Shown piece after piece: positions 62,350 through 64,000 of a stretch of DNA of 64,000 bases. The translations under genes were made by a program, and so were the position numbers. The stretch lies in NCBI GenBank assembly GCA_964016885.1, contig OZ024759.1:9486001-9550000 (forward strand), in the 5' to 3' direction. Source of the stretch: Eledone cirrhosa (taxonomy: Eukaryota). The notes beneath the pieces are model-generated. The model had not been told where the DNA came from. It did not search any database and worked only from the letters and a program-made list of their open reading frames with translations. Position 1 is the stretch's first letter. Every line of letters starts with the position of its first letter.

Positions 62350-63092
62350 TGATTTGCAATGTTGCAGTGTCAATGTGCATGAACGGCCGAACATGGATGT
62401 GTTGAGAGAGAAGCTGTGTTTAAGAGGGATAGGTGGTAGTGTGCGGGAGAGAAGACTGAGATGGTTTGGACATGTGATGTGTTGAGAGAGAAGCTGTGTT
62501 TAAGAGGGATAGGTGGTAGTGTGCGGGAGAGAAGACTGAGATGGTTTGGACATGTGATGTGTTGAGAGAGAAGCTGTGTTTAAGAGGGATAGGTGGTAGT
62601 GTGCGGGAGAGAAGACTGAGATGGTTTGGACATGTGATGTGTTGAGAGAGAAGCTGTGTTTAAGAGGGATAGGTGGTAGTGTGCGGGAGAGAAGACTGAG
62701 ATGGTTTGGACATGTGATGTGTTGAGAGAGAAGCTGTGTTTAAGAGGGATAGGTGGTAGTGTGCGGGAGAGAAGACTGAGATGGTTTGGACATGTGATGT
62801 GTTGAGAGAGAAACTTTGTTTAAGAGGGATAGGTGGTAGTGTGCGGGAGAGAAGACTGAGATGGTTTGGACATGTGATGCACATGGAGGATAGCCGCTGG
62901 GTAAAGAAATGTCAGTTGAAGGAAGACCACGAAAAACATCGGCGGAAGTGGTGAGAGCAGACCTCAGATCGCTGAAGCTCACGGTGGAGATGACGAAGGA
63001 CCGTGACAAGTGGAGAGATGCTGTGCTGAATAGGACCCGTCCCACCCTTGCAAGCAGGGAAACGCAGACATAAAATGATGATGATGATGATA
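62350..63092 (+). mobile_element. RTE LINE 3' end with an internal 80-bp tandem amplification
   Basis: Same family as 50780-51630; ends cccacccttgcaagcagggaaacgcagacataaaatgatgatg. Confidence 0.88.
62396..62879 (+). repeat. 80-bp tandem repeat x6
   Basis: gttgagagag at 62401, 62481, 62561, 62641, 62721 and 62801. Confidence 0.96.
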
Positions 63093-63105
63093 TATACATT
63101 ATATG

Positions 63106-63176
<71 letters not shown>

Positions 63177-63284
63177 TTGTGAGTTTGATTCCTGCAAAGA
63201 CCAACGGAAACATTGTTTCCTTGGTCCGATTTGACGAAGGTCAATCGTTCCTTTTTTATACATTTTATGTATATATATGTATAC

Positions 63285-63340
<56 letters not shown>

Positions 63341-63345
<5 letters not shown>

Positions 63346-64000
63346 GACGTAAAATAAGAAAATTATAAAAATCAACTTACTTACTAAAATTTCACTCCAA
63401 CTAATTAGTTTCTGTAAGGGAATAAACATTGTTTTGGAATGGAACCACAGAGAAAATCCTTACGTCATCAGGGAGTCTATTCTCAGCTAAGTTCCCAGTC
63501 AATGCGTGGACACAGGGAACTTATACAAAAATAATTCAGTGGATGGAAAAAAGCGAGCAGGGACTAAATTCCAGGACATTGAAAAAATCACTGCCTACTT
63601 GGTCGGTGGCAAATTCAAAAGAATCAATCACGTGACACTGAGGTTAATCAGTGAGGAGTGGGGTGCTAATAAGACAGGAGCCTGACTACTACCATGAACC
63701 ATAGCAGTAGTTTTGGCAAATTTTTGCTCAACAAATAATTTGGAGGTAATTATAAAGAATTAGTATATCTACCAACATATATATACAGATGCATACCTAT
63801 GCTAGCAAATATATAGGTTTTGTCTTAGTAACTTTGTGGTTCAATGCAAGGGGATGCAGAACAATCATATGAAAGACGTAAAATAAGAAAATTATAAAAA
63901 TCAACTTACTAAAATTTCACTCCAACTAATTAGTTTCTGTAAGGGAATAAACATGGTTTCGGAATGGAACCACAGAGAAAATCCTTACGTCATCAGGGAG
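63341..64000 (+). repeat. Start of a ~529-bp direct/tandem repeat running off the window
   Basis: tgaaagacgtaaaataagaaaattataaaaatcaacttac...cttacgtcatcagggag occurs at 63341 and again at 63870. Confidence 0.85.

Overview
AT-rich, repeat-dense animal genomic DNA. The SINE, RTE and MITE families and the (TA)n density resemble an octopod cephalopod (inference from recalled families, not a search). Three host genes are supported. (1) An importin-7 (IPO7/Msk)-like gene on the minus strand: 756 uninterrupted codons from ATG 2268 off the left edge, missed by the ORF track. (2) A head-to-head TRAIP/NOPO RING E3 ligase with only three coding exons (6531-6766, 10384-10673, 14670-15445; phases match; 433 aa). 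(3) A single-coding-exon seipin/BSCL2 (47739-48995). About half of the window is tandem repeat: 97-, 48-, 48-, 88-, 47-, 40-, 66-, 112-, 61-, 80- and ~529-bp units. The largest is a ~19 kb 47-bp satellite with higher-order structure. Most arrays can be traced to a segment of a transposon (MITE end, SINE body, Penelope ORF/3' end, CR1 and RTE ORFs). Other mobile DNA includes RTE and CR1 LINE fragments, tRNA-derived SINEs sharing the RTE tail, a Helitron remnant, a deleted maT/Tc1-mariner element with intact TIRs, and Penelope-type inverted repeats and palindromes carrying minimal hammerhead ribozyme motifs. Most ORFs in the supplied track are repeat artefacts.
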